From a virus, in IMG/VR virus record IMGVR_UViG_3300027969_000001, positions 32,001 to 96,000 of that record: 64,000 nt of DNA, one strand, 5' to 3'. Made by a program: the position numbers and the translations under genes. Shown here one piece after another: positions 9,847 through 19,470 of the stretch (position 1 is its first letter; each line of letters begins with the position of its first letter). The notes beneath the pieces are model-generated. The model did no database searches. It was not told the origin of the DNA and saw nothing but the letters and a program-made list of their open reading frames with translations.

Positions 9847-10227
9847 GTGTTCATGGATAACCTCACAAAATTCAATATTTATACAGGAGCTCTCGAGCAG
9901 TACATTTCCCGAGAAGGGGATTCTCGAATTCCGGCAATTCATATCGAAAAATTTCAAGAAAATGATATTTCCCTAGGGGCATGGTCCGGATATATTCGTC
10001 AGAGATATCGTAAAAATCAACTCCATCCAGAACGTGTTTCAAAAATGCAAGAAATTGCTGGCTGGCAGTGGGGTCCATTTCAGCCGGGTCCTGCGACGGA
10101 CATCAAAAGAAATGAAATTATTAAAGAAATGCGTATCGAGGGAAAGTCCCTTCGGGAAATCGCCGATGAGTTTGATTTGTCTCGGCAGCGGGTTCATCAA
10201 ATAGTTAAGAAACTTAAAATCGATTAA
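9847..10227 (+). CDS. Helicase-associated (HA) domain plus sigma70 region-4-like HTH protein
   Basis: LGAWSGYIRQRYRKNQL..ER...GWQW (HA); SLREIADEFDLSRQRVHQI (HTH). Confidence 0.75.
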   Translation: MFMDNLTKFNIYTGALEQYISREGDSRIPAIHIEKFQENDISLGAWSGYIRQRYRKNQLHPERVSKMQEIAGWQWGPFQPGPATDIKRNEIIKEMRIEGKSLREIADEFDLSRQRVHQIVKKLKID

Positions 10228-10275
10228 TAATAAAAGTCATCCACCACCGTCATTCACTAACGTGAGGGAGAGAAC

Positions 10276-10560
10276 ATGAATCTCAGAAAAAACGAAAAAT
10301 TAAACGGGGGCGCAGCGTACCCGAGAGTAATCCGAGACGATTTTCGCGGGGCTCCTATCAAGCCGAAGGAGTCAGAATCAAGCGGGGCTCTCTTGGGATT
10401 TTTGGTGGCGAGCGCAATCAACACTTTGGTCATTGACGGTGCGCTACACATCTTGCGCTCTGCTGGCGTGACAGAGGTGAGCCTGTCACTGTGGCAGACG
10501 CTCGGCTTGTCATCACTTCTCATGGTGTGGCGTGGCGTAGAGAGAGCCATGCGCCAGTAG
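10276..10560 (+). CDS. Small membrane protein
   Basis: Two hydrophobic segments; GAGGGAG RBS. Confidence 0.45.
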   Translation: MNLRKNEKLNGGAAYPRVIRDDFRGAPIKPKESESSGALLGFLVASAINTLVIDGALHILRSAGVTEVSLSLWQTLGLSSLLMVWRGVERAMRQ

Positions 10561-10705
10561 CGATAGCGAGCGATTGACTTATCTATCACTGTACGGCTCT
10601 GTGTGAGCGTCACGGTAACGAGTTGAGTGAGAATGAGTAGTAGTGACAGAGCGAGCGTGTACGGCTCTGTGAGTAGCGCAAGAATGAATAGCAGAATCTC
10701 CATGA

Positions 10706-10909
10706 CTACTGTCTATCAGCAAGTTCAGCAAGAACGGACATAATGTTATTGCCTTCATTCCACATCAGATTATCGTAGTCCTCGTACGCTTTCTGTGGCG
10801 TGTATGTGCCTGCGATTATCTCGTCTTGTATTGCAGAGTAGTATCTAATTGCGCTCGTAAGACTCGCCTGCAAGTCTGTTAGTAATTCTGATTCAGATGG
10901 CTCGGTCAT
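10706..10909 (-). CDS. Hypothetical protein
   Basis: AAGGA RBS. Confidence 0.55.
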   Translation of the reverse strand: MTEPSESELLTDLQASLTSAIRYYSAIQDEIIAGTYTPQKAYEDYDNLMWNEGNNIMSVLAELADRQ

Positions 10910-10981
10910 AAAAAATCCTTTTTTTGATTAGTAATAGATAAGTGTCAGATGTGGTACATGAATAGATAAGTGAAACGCCAA

Positions 10982-11037
10982 TGTCTCTCGGCAATGTGTA
11001 GTACCCACCAAAGGAGAAACACGATTACCGAGAGACA
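10982..11037 (-). ncRNA. Hairpin with anti-Shine-Dalgarno loop (UUUCUCCUUUGGUGGGUA) in the 3' region of the MoxR/VWA operon
   Basis: 14-bp stem with a G-U pair on the minus strand. Confidence 0.4.
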
Positions 11038-11047
11038 CTAGCACCAG

Positions 11048-11085
11048 TGCCTCTGTTGGGAACAACCAAGAAACCAACAGAGGCA
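11048..11085 (-). terminator. Hairpin just downstream of the VWA gene
   Basis: TGCCTCTGTTGG/CCAACAGAGGCA inverted repeat. Confidence 0.5.
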
Positions 11086-11097
11086 GGGACTTATCTA

Positions 11098-12645
11098 TTA
11101 CTGAATGTTCACGCCCATGTGCTGACGATAAGTGTGAACGAACATTGACGGATACACGCTCTTTGGCTTTATGCCTTTGTTCATGTTGGACAGTTGCTCA
11201 ATCGCTTCCTCAATGTGTGGCACAACAATGTAGTTGTGTTTCATTGCGTAAGTTAGGCACTGCATAGCGAGCAGGTCTGTGTAACCATCACCTTCGCCAC
11301 ACACTCCACCGTCTGTAATCCAAACGAGAGGAGTGTTGCGATACTGGCGATTCTCTACGCCCCACACGATTGCAGGATAATCAACACCGTTTCCGTGTCC
11401 GTAAGGAATGTTCTCCAATGTCTCAATCATTCGTCCCTTATCAGCGATAATCCACATGTTCGCACCGTTCTTTTTGTGACGGTCTGAATAGATTGCCACC
11501 GTTGCGCCTTTTGCCAAATCTGTAATCTGCCAAATCTGCTCTTTGGTGAATGACATAGAACCACTTGCGTCAATGATGACCATGCCACCACTGCCACGAA
11601 CGGTCTTGTCAAATACTCGCTTTGCAGGGTCAGTCATGTAACGGTGCATACGGCGTGGTCTGCGCCCCATGTTCGTAGCAACACGCTTCTTGCCGATTGT
11701 GCCAGCGTGTAAGCGTGGCATAGGAACACGCTCAATGCGTAGTTCTGCCCACTTGCCAGTGCCACTGTGTGATGTTGGGGTAATGCTCTGATGAGGAATA
11801 CCTTTCTTGTCACCTTCCTCTGAATCGCCTTCGTTGGAATGGACTGCCGTAGCAGGGTCTTTCTCGCCTTCTTCGCCTTCGCCTGACTTATCTATTCCCT
11901 TTGCACCTGCACCAGCCTTGCCTTCTTTCTCACGCTCTTTTGGTGGTGGGAATGAAGCGAGCCTGTCCACCCATTCTGCGATTCTTTCTGTGTGAACGAA
12001 TCCGTATGGCGCAATGCCGTGATGTTCTGTTGTGTTGGCGAGAGAGCGTGTCTTGTGCGCTTTCTTCATCTCACGGACTGCTCGCTTGCTGATGTCAAGC
12101 AGAGCGTCACCCCATGCACGATTGTGCCTGCGAATACCGTTCAGGAATTGCTTGTGTCCAGCAGTGCCAGCAGTTGCGATTGCACCTGTTACTGCACCAG
12201 CCCAATCTCCAGTTTTCGCTAGGCGTTCTCCGTCATTGAGTTCTCCACCGTCAGCGAGATTCTTCTTCACATCAAATCCTGCCTCTTGGCAAAGAATGTT
12301 TATGCGTAATTCCTCTACAACGGTCAGTGCAGTAGCAGAAGCCATTTCACGAGCAACCCACATCTCAAATTGTTCAGAGTTTGGTGAAACTTTTGAGTGC
12401 ATGAGTTCATGCCCACGAATACAGCGAGCGAGTTCGTCCGTCTGTGACGGTGTGAACATTGTGCGAGTATTCAGGTCAGTGCTTGGCTCGCCTCTGACTG
12501 CTTGACATTCTTCTACTGTCCATCGTCCATGCGCTAAGTCTTTGCGCCCGATGAAGTTTGGCTCGGCTTTCGCCGTTCCCCCTGACTTATCTATTGACGA
12601 GGGGAACGGCTTACCAACGCTCTTTCGTGCTGGCTTGATACTCAT
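11098..12645 (-). CDS. HExxH metallopeptidase-like plus VWA domain protein (CobT-like partner of the MoxR ATPase)
   Basis: HELMH; acidic linker; MIDAS IIDASGSM; WITDG. Confidence 0.8.
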   Translation of the reverse strand: MSIKPARKSVGKPFPSSIDKSGGTAKAEPNFIGRKDLAHGRWTVEECQAVRGEPSTDLNTRTMFTPSQTDELARCIRGHELMHSKVSPNSEQFEMWVAREMASATALTVVEELRINILCQEAGFDVKKNLADGGELNDGERLAKTGDWAGAVTGAIATAGTAGHKQFLNGIRRHNRAWGDALLDISKRAVREMKKAHKTRSLANTTEHHGIAPYGFVHTERIAEWVDRLASFPPPKEREKEGKAGAGAKGIDKSGEGEEGEKDPATAVHSNEGDSEEGDKKGIPHQSITPTSHSGTGKWAELRIERVPMPRLHAGTIGKKRVATNMGRRPRRMHRYMTDPAKRVFDKTVRGSGGMVIIDASGSMSFTKEQIWQITDLAKGATVAIYSDRHKKNGANMWIIADKGRMIETLENIPYGHGNGVDYPAIVWGVENRQYRNTPLVWITDGGVCGEGDGYTDLLAMQCLTYAMKHNYIVVPHIEEAIEQLSNMNKGIKPKSVYPSMFVHTYRQHMGVNIQ

Positions 12646-12647
12646 GG

Positions 12648-13373
12648 TTAGACCACCGAATCAACTGCGATAGCGTCAAGAATCTGCTTTGCTCGCTTGC
12701 CGAATGTGAGTTGGCATGCTCGTTCCATGCCTACGCTCTTACGCAACTTGTCAAGAGCCATAAATGCTCGCAACGAGATACGGTCATCGCCAGCGTCAGC
12801 CATACGGATTGCGTATCCACGCAAATCCTTTGACAATGCGAGCAGAGCGTGTGGGTGTGGTTCGTTGATACGAATACGGATTGGGAAACGGTCAGCGAGT
12901 GCTGTTGGCAATTCGCCCATGTTCTCAATGTTCGTGGTCATAATTGCAGAGAAGCCTTCTTTGGGTCGGACTACCGAGCCAGTTTCAGGATGCTCAAATG
13001 AAGCAGATTCAGGTGAATCAAGCATGGCGAGAAGTGTTGCGAACACATCGCCACCAGCCTTGTCAATTTCGTCCACGATAAGTCGTGCGCCAACTGTGCC
13101 GTTGCCGTTCCATGCTTTGAGGGCAGAACCGTCAAGCCATTGGAAGCCACCGTTATTACTTGGCATGAAGCCACCAGTTACATCCATGTTTGTCATGTCC
13201 TCTGTGCAAACAAGACGGTATGCGCCTGCTTCCACATTGCCCATTGTCATACCTGCGTAGGTCTTGCCGATTCCAGCAGGTCCAAACAGGATTACTCGGT
13301 CAATGCCTGCATTGAGAGCGTCATTGAGGTCAGTCCAGCACTGAGGCAGGCTTTCCGTTGTTGTTGATTCCAT
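12648..13373 (-). CDS. MoxR/CobS-like AAA+ ATPase
   Basis: GPAGIGKT, LIVDEID, TTN, ALADRF. Confidence 0.9.
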   Translation of the reverse strand: MESTTTESLPQCWTDLNDALNAGIDRVILFGPAGIGKTYAGMTMGNVEAGAYRLVCTEDMTNMDVTGGFMPSNNGGFQWLDGSALKAWNGNGTVGARLIVDEIDKAGGDVFATLLAMLDSPESASFEHPETGSVVRPKEGFSAIMTTNIENMGELPTALADRFPIRIRINEPHPHALLALSKDLRGYAIRMADAGDDRISLRAFMALDKLRKSVGMERACQLTFGKRAKQILDAIAVDSVV

Positions 13374-13662
13374 CTCTATTCTCCTTGTTGTTGGTGAGTG
13401 GTGAACACACCATACCAGCGTAGGTACAGACCTACAAACCTGACTTATCTATTCAGTAGAGACTTATCTATTCAGTATCAGAAGCGCACCACTTATCTAT
13501 TCACTCTCCACTTGTGGGCAAGCGAGCGAGCGAGTGCGCCAGCGCAAACTTTTTTATCTCTACCCCCATGCTCGCCACACGCCCTTCTGCGTTGGAGCCC
13601 CGATGTTGCCGAGCAGTGCCGGGGCTCCTATGGGAAAGGGGACTTATCTATTACAGATAGTT

Positions 13663-14145
13663 TTATTTTTCTCGTTTGGGAACCATAAGAACTTCCCATA
13701 GTCCATTTTTGATTTTGCGAAATAATGGAGATTCTTTGAGGTAGGTCAAAGTTGTCTGGTAAGAGAATCCTGATTGTTCTGTGAGTTGGTCAGATGTAAA
13801 TTGCTCTGCCTGATGTTCGCTTGACCACTGCTCAAATGCTGACCACTTATCTTTGCGCTTCTCTGTGCGTTCTACTTCTACCTGTGCGTCAGATAGTCCG
13901 ATGAATGTTGATAGAAGGTACTTTGATACTTCTGCCTGCACCGAGTATGTACTTAGGTACGATTGTGGTACACGCTGTCCACCTTCTCGTTGCCAAATCT
14001 GCAATACATAAAGTCCTCTGTTTATTTCAGAAACATAAGAAACTTCCGAGAACGGAACTGCTGTTGCGTTTTTGTATTTTTTGAGAAGCACTGCCCAATG
14101 TTCTTTGTGTACTTCTTTGATTAGGTCATCTGTAATAGTTTGCAT
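13663..14145 (-). CDS. Hypothetical protein with C-terminal wHTH-like domain
   Basis: FTSDQLTEQSGFSYQTTLTYLK...FRKIKNGLWEV. Confidence 0.6.
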   Translation of the reverse strand: MQTITDDLIKEVHKEHWAVLLKKYKNATAVPFSEVSYVSEINRGLYVLQIWQREGGQRVPQSYLSTYSVQAEVSKYLLSTFIGLSDAQVEVERTEKRKDKWSAFEQWSSEHQAEQFTSDQLTEQSGFSYQTTLTYLKESPLFRKIKNGLWEVLMVPKREK

Positions 14146-14225
14146 TTTTTCCTTTTTTTTGCAGTTTCTACCGTTTAGTTTTTTTCTAAAAAATCGTTTT
14201 TTTGATAGATAAGTAAGTTGGGCTG

Positions 14226-14435
14226 TTAGTCAATAACAACCCAACTGTCCTCTCCCTTGATTAGTCCGAGACTAGACCCACTATCCCACTGCACAAACAT
14301 TGTTCCTAGTGAATCAAAGTCGGTAATGACCCCTTCATCTCCTTTGGATAGTTTGGTGTGAATGTCAGATGTGTAAATCAGCCTGATTCTCCTGCCAATA
14401 AGTGCTTCTAGTCCTGCTGACAACTTATCTATCAT
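14226..14435 (-). CDS. DUF4314-like SH3-fold protein
   Basis: G.RIRL...GDEG....D..GT..VQWD.GSSLGLI.GED. Confidence 0.8.
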   Translation of the reverse strand: MIDKLSAGLEALIGRRIRLIYTSDIHTKLSKGDEGVITDFDSLGTMFVQWDSGSSLGLIKGEDSWVVID

Positions 14436-14586
14436 GCTGGCTCTTTCTCTTGTAACGCGATGATTCGCATGTCTAATAGAAAATCTGTCATTTCTAATGA
14501 CGAAACAATGTCTCTGCCTGAACAGTGGGAGATTGCTTTGTCAATCAACAAGACGATTGGTGACTTATCTATTACAGATTCTTCAC

Positions 14587-14826
14587 TCATTCTGCGTACC
14601 CGTAAATAACCATGTCAAGTTCGTTGCCTTCTTCATCGGTGTACTTCTTCTTTCCCTCTCCTGCACAGTCGTCAAAGTATTCATCGGCTTCCAACATAAT
14701 CATTTCCATGATGTCATCAAAGTCGGGCTTCTCATCGTTGTCCTCTCTGAATCGCTTTGCCGTTTCTGCCACATCAAATGTGACAGTATTGGTGCGAGTT
14801 ACTGTGATTGTTTTTGGCTCAGACAC
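14587..14826 (-). CDS. Hypothetical acidic protein
   Basis: ORF track; GTG start overlaps Box A. Confidence 0.55.
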   Translation of the reverse strand: MSEPKTITVTRTNTVTFDVAETAKRFREDNDEKPDFDDIMEMIMLEADEYFDDCAGEGKKKYTDEEGNELDMVIYGYAE

Positions 14827-14830
14827 TTAT

Positions 14831-15499
14831 CTATTCCTCATCTTTCTTTTTCTTAGCGTTACCAAGTAGGTCGTGGTAACGGTGAGCAACTACGGCGAGT
14901 TTCATGTAGGCAGTGGTAGCACCCATAGCCTCAACCATGCGTCCGTACTCCTGACCTTCTTTTACTTCGCTTACATCTGCCATGTAATCTTCTTCCGAAT
15001 ACACAGGAACTCCAAAGTCATCGTAGCGATACATTTGAGTAGCACTACCAATCAACGAACCATCCCAGTCCATGCCAGTAACAACGATTGCTTCACGGAC
15101 TTCTGAAAAAGGATTCTCTGAAAAGTCTTTCTGCATTTCGCCACGCTCAAAGTCAATTTCTTCTGATGTGTCTGCACTACGGCAGAAACCCTCTACACAG
15201 AGAAAGAGGAAAGAGAACTCACGGATAGGCATAGCCTTGACTACATCTTCGTACGCCTCTAATACATCTTCACGGTGAATGAGTGGAATCATTGCAATCT
15301 TGTATGGAGAAGATAATTCGTTTTCTTCCTGATACTCAACTGCATCTTCGTCATCGCTCTTGTAAGCAACGAGCATGAGTGGGGGAGTGTCTGTCATCCC
15401 CTCGTCTTTGCACATTTGCTCTTTGGCGTACTTAGTACGGTCAAGAACATCCAGCATTATTTTTGACATTTCTTCTGAAATGGTTTCGTTGATAGCCAT
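14831..15499 (-). CDS. Hypothetical protein (start at MAINE)
   Basis: AAGGAG RBS; promoter at 15531. Confidence 0.7.
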   Translation of the reverse strand: MAINETISEEMSKIMLDVLDRTKYAKEQMCKDEGMTDTPPLMLVAYKSDDEDAVEYQEENELSSPYKIAMIPLIHREDVLEAYEDVVKAMPIREFSFLFLCVEGFCRSADTSEEIDFERGEMQKDFSENPFSEVREAIVVTGMDWDGSLIGSATQMYRYDDFGVPVYSEEDYMADVSEVKEGQEYGRMVEAMGATTAYMKLAVVAHRYHDLLGNAKKKKDEE

Positions 15500-15559
15500 T
15501 GGCTTTCTCCTTGTTGGTAGGTGTGCAGTCATCGTACCAGTACAGGTACAGAACTACAA

Positions 15560-15766
15560 CTATCCAAGCAACCCCTGAATGGGGAGACTTAGTGCGTCAC
15601 TTAGCGAGACAAGAGTGTCCACGCTCGGCGAATAATGTTGGTTCTCAATACGGTTCACCGTTTTTCGTTCCAGCCCTGCTCGCTTTGCTAGTTCCTCTTG
15701 TGACCAGCCTCTTTCTTTTCTTTCAGTTTTTAGCCGTGTGGCAATTACTTCTGTTGCGTTTCCCAT
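15560..15766 (-). CDS. XRE/Cro-C1 HTH regulator
   Basis: RGWSQEELAKRAGLERKTVNRIENQHYSPSVDTL. Confidence 0.9.
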   Translation of the reverse strand: MGNATEVIATRLKTERKERGWSQEELAKRAGLERKTVNRIENQHYSPSVDTLVSLSDALSLPIQGLLG

Positions 15767-15800
15767 GTTGTTTCCTCTCTTGGGGACTTATCTATTTAGT

Positions 15801-16457
15801 TCAGAATGACGGAATGAAACTCTGAAACACCTTTCTCCTTTTATTTCCCCTTCTCCATGCCACATACTCCCTGATAGTGGCATCCAAATCTATGTCATGC
15901 TGGTCAGTGATGAGATTGCGCCATTCACTTTGTGCTTCGTAGAACTCGTCATACAACTCGTCAAGCCCTGATTCTGACGCTTTTTCGTACATCTGTATCA
16001 GTTCAGGTGGTTGCGTCATGTCACACATGTCCTCTGCAATCTTTTCGCCGTCACAGTAAAGTTCCCAACCAGCGTAGAAATCTGCTTCTTCTGTGCAACT
16101 GTACCCAAATACCAATTTAGGGAACTGCTTGCTGATGTTCTCAATCAACTTGTCACATGGACTCCATGCGCTCGTGTAGCGCAGATGTAGTGGGTACGAA
16201 TCTTTATCGTCAATCTCTATGTCACAAGCACCCCACTTGCTTCCCCACACGCCAAGTGCGCCACCAAAGAAAGAATCAAGTTTGTCCACCCATTCACTCT
16301 CGTCAGGGATAGGTACTAGATGGTTCATGTCATAGTGAGCGTTTATCTTGCGCCCTAGTTCATCATAATCTTCGGGCATTGAGATTGCTTTGAGAAACTT
16401 ACGAGTTTCTGTTTTGTTCCCTGCAACAACAAGGTTTGAGAAGCACCAGTTTGGCAT
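15801..16457 (-). CDS. DUF1281/YubB ferredoxin-like protein
   Basis: MPNWC.., WGSKWG, Y/F-T-S/A-A-W-S-P. Confidence 0.75.
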   Translation of the reverse strand: MPNWCFSNLVVAGNKTETRKFLKAISMPEDYDELGRKINAHYDMNHLVPIPDESEWVDKLDSFFGGALGVWGSKWGACDIEIDDKDSYPLHLRYTSAWSPCDKLIENISKQFPKLVFGYSCTEEADFYAGWELYCDGEKIAEDMCDMTQPPELIQMYEKASESGLDELYDEFYEAQSEWRNLITDQHDIDLDATIREYVAWRRGNKRRKVFQSFIPSF

Positions 16458-16715
16458 GGTAGTCCTTTCGGGTTAGTGGTGGTATGCAATGAGCGTACCA
16501 GCACAGGTTCAGAACTACTCGGGGGGACTTATCTATTACTCATCCACCACCGTCATTGACTAACGAGCAAAAGTTTTCTATCTCATCCCCCAAGATTTTT
16601 GACTTTTCTATCTCTACCCCCCATGCGCCGATTTTTTCTCTTTTTCGCCGTGTTCCGAAGGAGCCCCGACCAGTTTGGTTCGCCCCGGGGCTCTTTTGGG
16701 AAAAGGACTTATCTA

Positions 16716-17038
16716 TTACATAGGGAGAGTTACGAGTTGTGCCGAGTGGATGTACCAGCCGTAAGCGTGACGGTGTGTCATGTAGTGCAGTAGTTCCTTG
16801 ACATCGGTAAGGTGCGTGAACACATCTTCCAACGGAACGCCGTGGCTATCAAAGAATCCACGCTCGGGCTTGGGTGAGAACGAGATGTACATGTTCTCGT
16901 ATCCCTCATAAGAGCCATAAGACCTCTGTGGCTTTATCTGGCACTGCGCTCCAATAAACTTTTTTTTTGTCATCATCAGAAAGAGAGTCTTTATCAAAGA
17001 CCAAATGTGGGCGAATGACTTATCTATTACCATTCTCA
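16716..17038 (-). CDS. Hypothetical protein (start at MRMVIDKS)
   Basis: ORF track; start uncertain. Confidence 0.45.
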
Positions 17039-17281
17039 TGCCCTTCGCCAAACGCTGAACTGTTCGGTCAGGTCGGTACCAATCAGGGCAATAGTCAATC
17101 GTGCAATGGATTCCAGCAGTTCTTTTTCGGTAATGCCCCATTCCTCGTTAGCCCACGGGAACATCATTCCGTTCTCGTAGTCACACCAAATGTTCGCCAT
17201 TGCGCCAGCACGACTAACGCCAATGCTGTAATAGTTTTCCCATAGGATTTCATCAACTGCGTATTTGCTAGTTTTCGTCAT
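17036..17281 (-). CDS. Hypothetical protein
   Basis: Overlapping operon arrangement; GAGG RBS. Confidence 0.5.
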   Translation of the reverse strand: MTKTSKYAVDEILWENYYSIGVSRAGAMANIWCDYENGMMFPWANEEWGITEKELLESIARLTIALIGTDLTEQFSVWRRA

Positions 17282-17483
17282 TTTGTACTTCCTCTGCTAC
17301 GTGCGATGAAATCGTGTCTGCAATTTTTGAGAAATCTACACCAAACGATGCTTTCCATCTGTCCAGTACAACTTCCATCGCAAGGTTCGCAACTTCTTCC
17401 GTAGAAAGATTTGCCGAGTCAATGCTCAGCACTTCCCTTACTGTTGCTGGTCCAACTATTGCTGTTACTTCGTAAAGAGCCAC
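17268..17483 (-). CDS. Hypothetical protein
   Basis: GTG start inside Box A. Confidence 0.55.
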   Translation of the reverse strand: MALYEVTAIVGPATVREVLSIDSANLSTEEVANLAMEVVLDRWKASFGVDFSKIADTISSHVAEEVQNDEN

Positions 17484-17487
17484 TTAT

Positions 17488-17715
17488 CTATTCCTCATCT
17501 TCATAGTCGCTGTCCACGGAGAACCAGCGCATCACTGTTAGAAGCAGGTTATCGTAATCGCCCGATGTTGCTTCGGCACGAAACGCCTCTATCTCATCGG
17601 CAGTCAATCCTGCTCGCCGAGCAATTCTCTGCACACGCCCAAGTATGGAGAAGGCGTTGCCGTCCTCTCCTACTAGTGGAATGTTGATGTGTGGGTATTT
17701 TGTATCTGTACTCAT
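17488..17715 (-). CDS. Conserved small phage/plasmid protein (GEDGNAF motif)
   Basis: LVGEDGNAFSILGRV...ATSGDYDNLL. Confidence 0.75.
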   Translation of the reverse strand: MSTDTKYPHINIPLVGEDGNAFSILGRVQRIARRAGLTADEIEAFRAEATSGDYDNLLLTVMRWFSVDSDYEDEE

Positions 17716-17927
17716 TCTGAGTGTTCTCCTGTTTCCATGTCAATAGCGTAAGCATCTTCCAACTTGGCTCCTGCCAAGCCTGCAACATTCCTGCCGAATG
17801 TTCTAGCCATTTTGCCTGCTTCTTTTAGGCTCTTGGCTTCTACGGTGGTATCTTCTGTCCACTCGGCAAGACCAATCTTTTCCTGCTTTGTCAGCAGAGC
17901 GATTATTTCGTATTCTTTTGTTGCCAT
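17712..17927 (-). CDS. Hypothetical protein (start at MATKE)
   Basis: AAAGGGG RBS; promoter at 17959. Confidence 0.6.
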   Translation of the reverse strand: MATKEYEIIALLTKQEKIGLAEWTEDTTVEAKSLKEAGKMARTFGRNVAGLAGAKLEDAYAIDMETGEHSE

Positions 17928-18002
17928 TACTTTCCCCTTTGTGGTTGGCTTCGCCTTCACTGTACCACAAGAGGTACGGAACTACAAGGGGGACTTATCT
18001 AT

Positions 18003-18350
18003 TCATGAACAGAGGTAGTCAAGCCACAGTACGAGAATGTCCAACGGCTCTGACATTGACGGAAATGCGTCCGAGGCTAGGAACTGGAAGTCCGAGAACA
18101 TCAACTCGTTCGTCTCCGTGTAACGGTTGCACCCACCTTCTCCCATGTTGTACACGGTCAGGAACTCCACACCATTGCGTGAGACAACTGCCTTCCAGTA
18201 AATCCCTCGGTCATGTTCGCTCTCCTCTTGTAGAGCAAACCTGTACCCCATCTTGTCAGGGCGCAGTTCGTCAGGAACGCTGTCAAAGATTTCTTCTATG
18301 TTTAGGTCAGTCATGTTTTTTAGTGTAGATAGATTTATCCGAAAAGTCAA
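18003..18350 (-). CDS. Hypothetical protein
   Basis: V.N.GEGGCNRY motif; real start possibly the internal MTDLN. Confidence 0.55.
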   Translation of the reverse strand: MTFRINLSTLKNMTDLNIEEIFDSVPDELRPDKMGYRFALQEESEHDRGIYWKAVVSRNGVEFLTVYNMGEGGCNRYTETNELMFSDFQFLASDAFPSMSEPLDILVLWLDYLCS

Positions 18351-18594
18351 TCAGCAGACTCATCCACCACCGTCAATTGCTAACGGCGACTTTTTTATCG
18401 CGACCCCCAGCTCGACCGACGAATTCGCAAAAAATCAACTTTTTTATCCCGACCCCCCAGATTTTTGCCCTGTTCCGAAAGAGCCCCGGACGGACCAGCG
18501 CAGGCGGGGCTCCAATGGAGAAGATGGGACTTATCTATTACATAGAGCAATCTCCCCTGCCGAGCGCAAGGGAGACTACTGAATAGATAAGTGG

Positions 18595-18912
18595 TCACTC
18601 GGTCAGGAGATAATGCCCACCACGCCTCTCGTATTGAGCAGTAGCCTCAGTAACGGTTTCACGGTAATCACCATTCTCCATGTGCCAACCTTCGGGACGG
18701 TCTACGGCGTTCCACACTGCGAACGGGTGAAGCGTGTTGTGTGGCAAGAGACAGAGAACAACCCACACGGCGTAAGCGTCAATGTCAGACGGGCGAGAGA
18801 GCCAGCAAGCGAGAATGGTGACAGGATTACTGCCACTGCTAGGAGTGAATGTGTCACCCACTTTCAGCAATCGCATTGGGTATGTCTCGGTAGGGGACTT
18901 ATCTATTGACAT
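18595..18912 (-). CDS. Hypothetical protein (start at MSIDKS)
   Basis: TAATG coupling with the upstream gene. Confidence 0.55.
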   Translation of the reverse strand: MSIDKSPTETYPMRLLKVGDTFTPSSGSNPVTILACWLSRPSDIDAYAVWVVLCLLPHNTLHPFAVWNAVDRPEGWHMENGDYRETVTEATAQYERRGGHYLLTE

Positions 18913-19355
18913 TACTCGCCACCCAACCAAGCGTTCATCTGCTCATCTGTCATCTCGGTAATGGTTGGTCTGAAATCCATTTCAGCGATTTCTTTGGTCA
19001 GCATTTCTTTGATGACTTCCATCTCTGCGATTTCTTTCGCAAAGTCAAAAAAGCGTCCTGATGTGTAGGTTGCTGGAATGTCGTGGTTCTCTCCGTCATA
19101 CTCGCCACGCTCGTTGAGAGAGCCGATTACAACGCAGTCACCCACAAGTGGACGCTGGAACAACATAGACGCTACGGCGTTCACTGGTAGCCCGATAAGC
19201 AATCCTTCGTCATGGACATAGCCCACGATTTCTTCGCCTCGTACACAGTCAAACCAGCCACCCACGATTTCGTGAATGAGTGTGTGACCGTTCTCGCTTG
19301 GTATGTCCTGCGTGAATACTTCACCTGTGGACTTGATGATTATTGCTGTTGCCAT
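18912..19355 (-). CDS. DUF3846-like protein
   Basis: IVGGWF..V, V.DEGL..GLP.N..AS, LVGD.V..G. Confidence 0.75.
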   Translation of the reverse strand: MATAIIIKSTGEVFTQDIPSENGHTLIHEIVGGWFDCVRGEEIVGYVHDEGLLIGLPVNAVASMLFQRPLVGDCVVIGSLNERGEYDGENHDIPATYTSGRFFDFAKEIAEMEVIKEMLTKEIAEMDFRPTITEMTDEQMNAWLGGE

Positions 19356-19470
19356 GATGGCTCTCCTTGTTTGGTAGGTGTTGATAGCGTACCACTGTGG
19401 GTACAGAACTACTGGTGGACTTATCTATTGAGTAGTGGGGACTTCTCCCCACTACTCGCAGATGAATTGG

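Noticed and set aside
13440-13505. Closely spaced Box A copies as a CRISPR array
   Set aside because: Repeat only ~12 bp, spacing irregular, copies dispersed, no cas genes.
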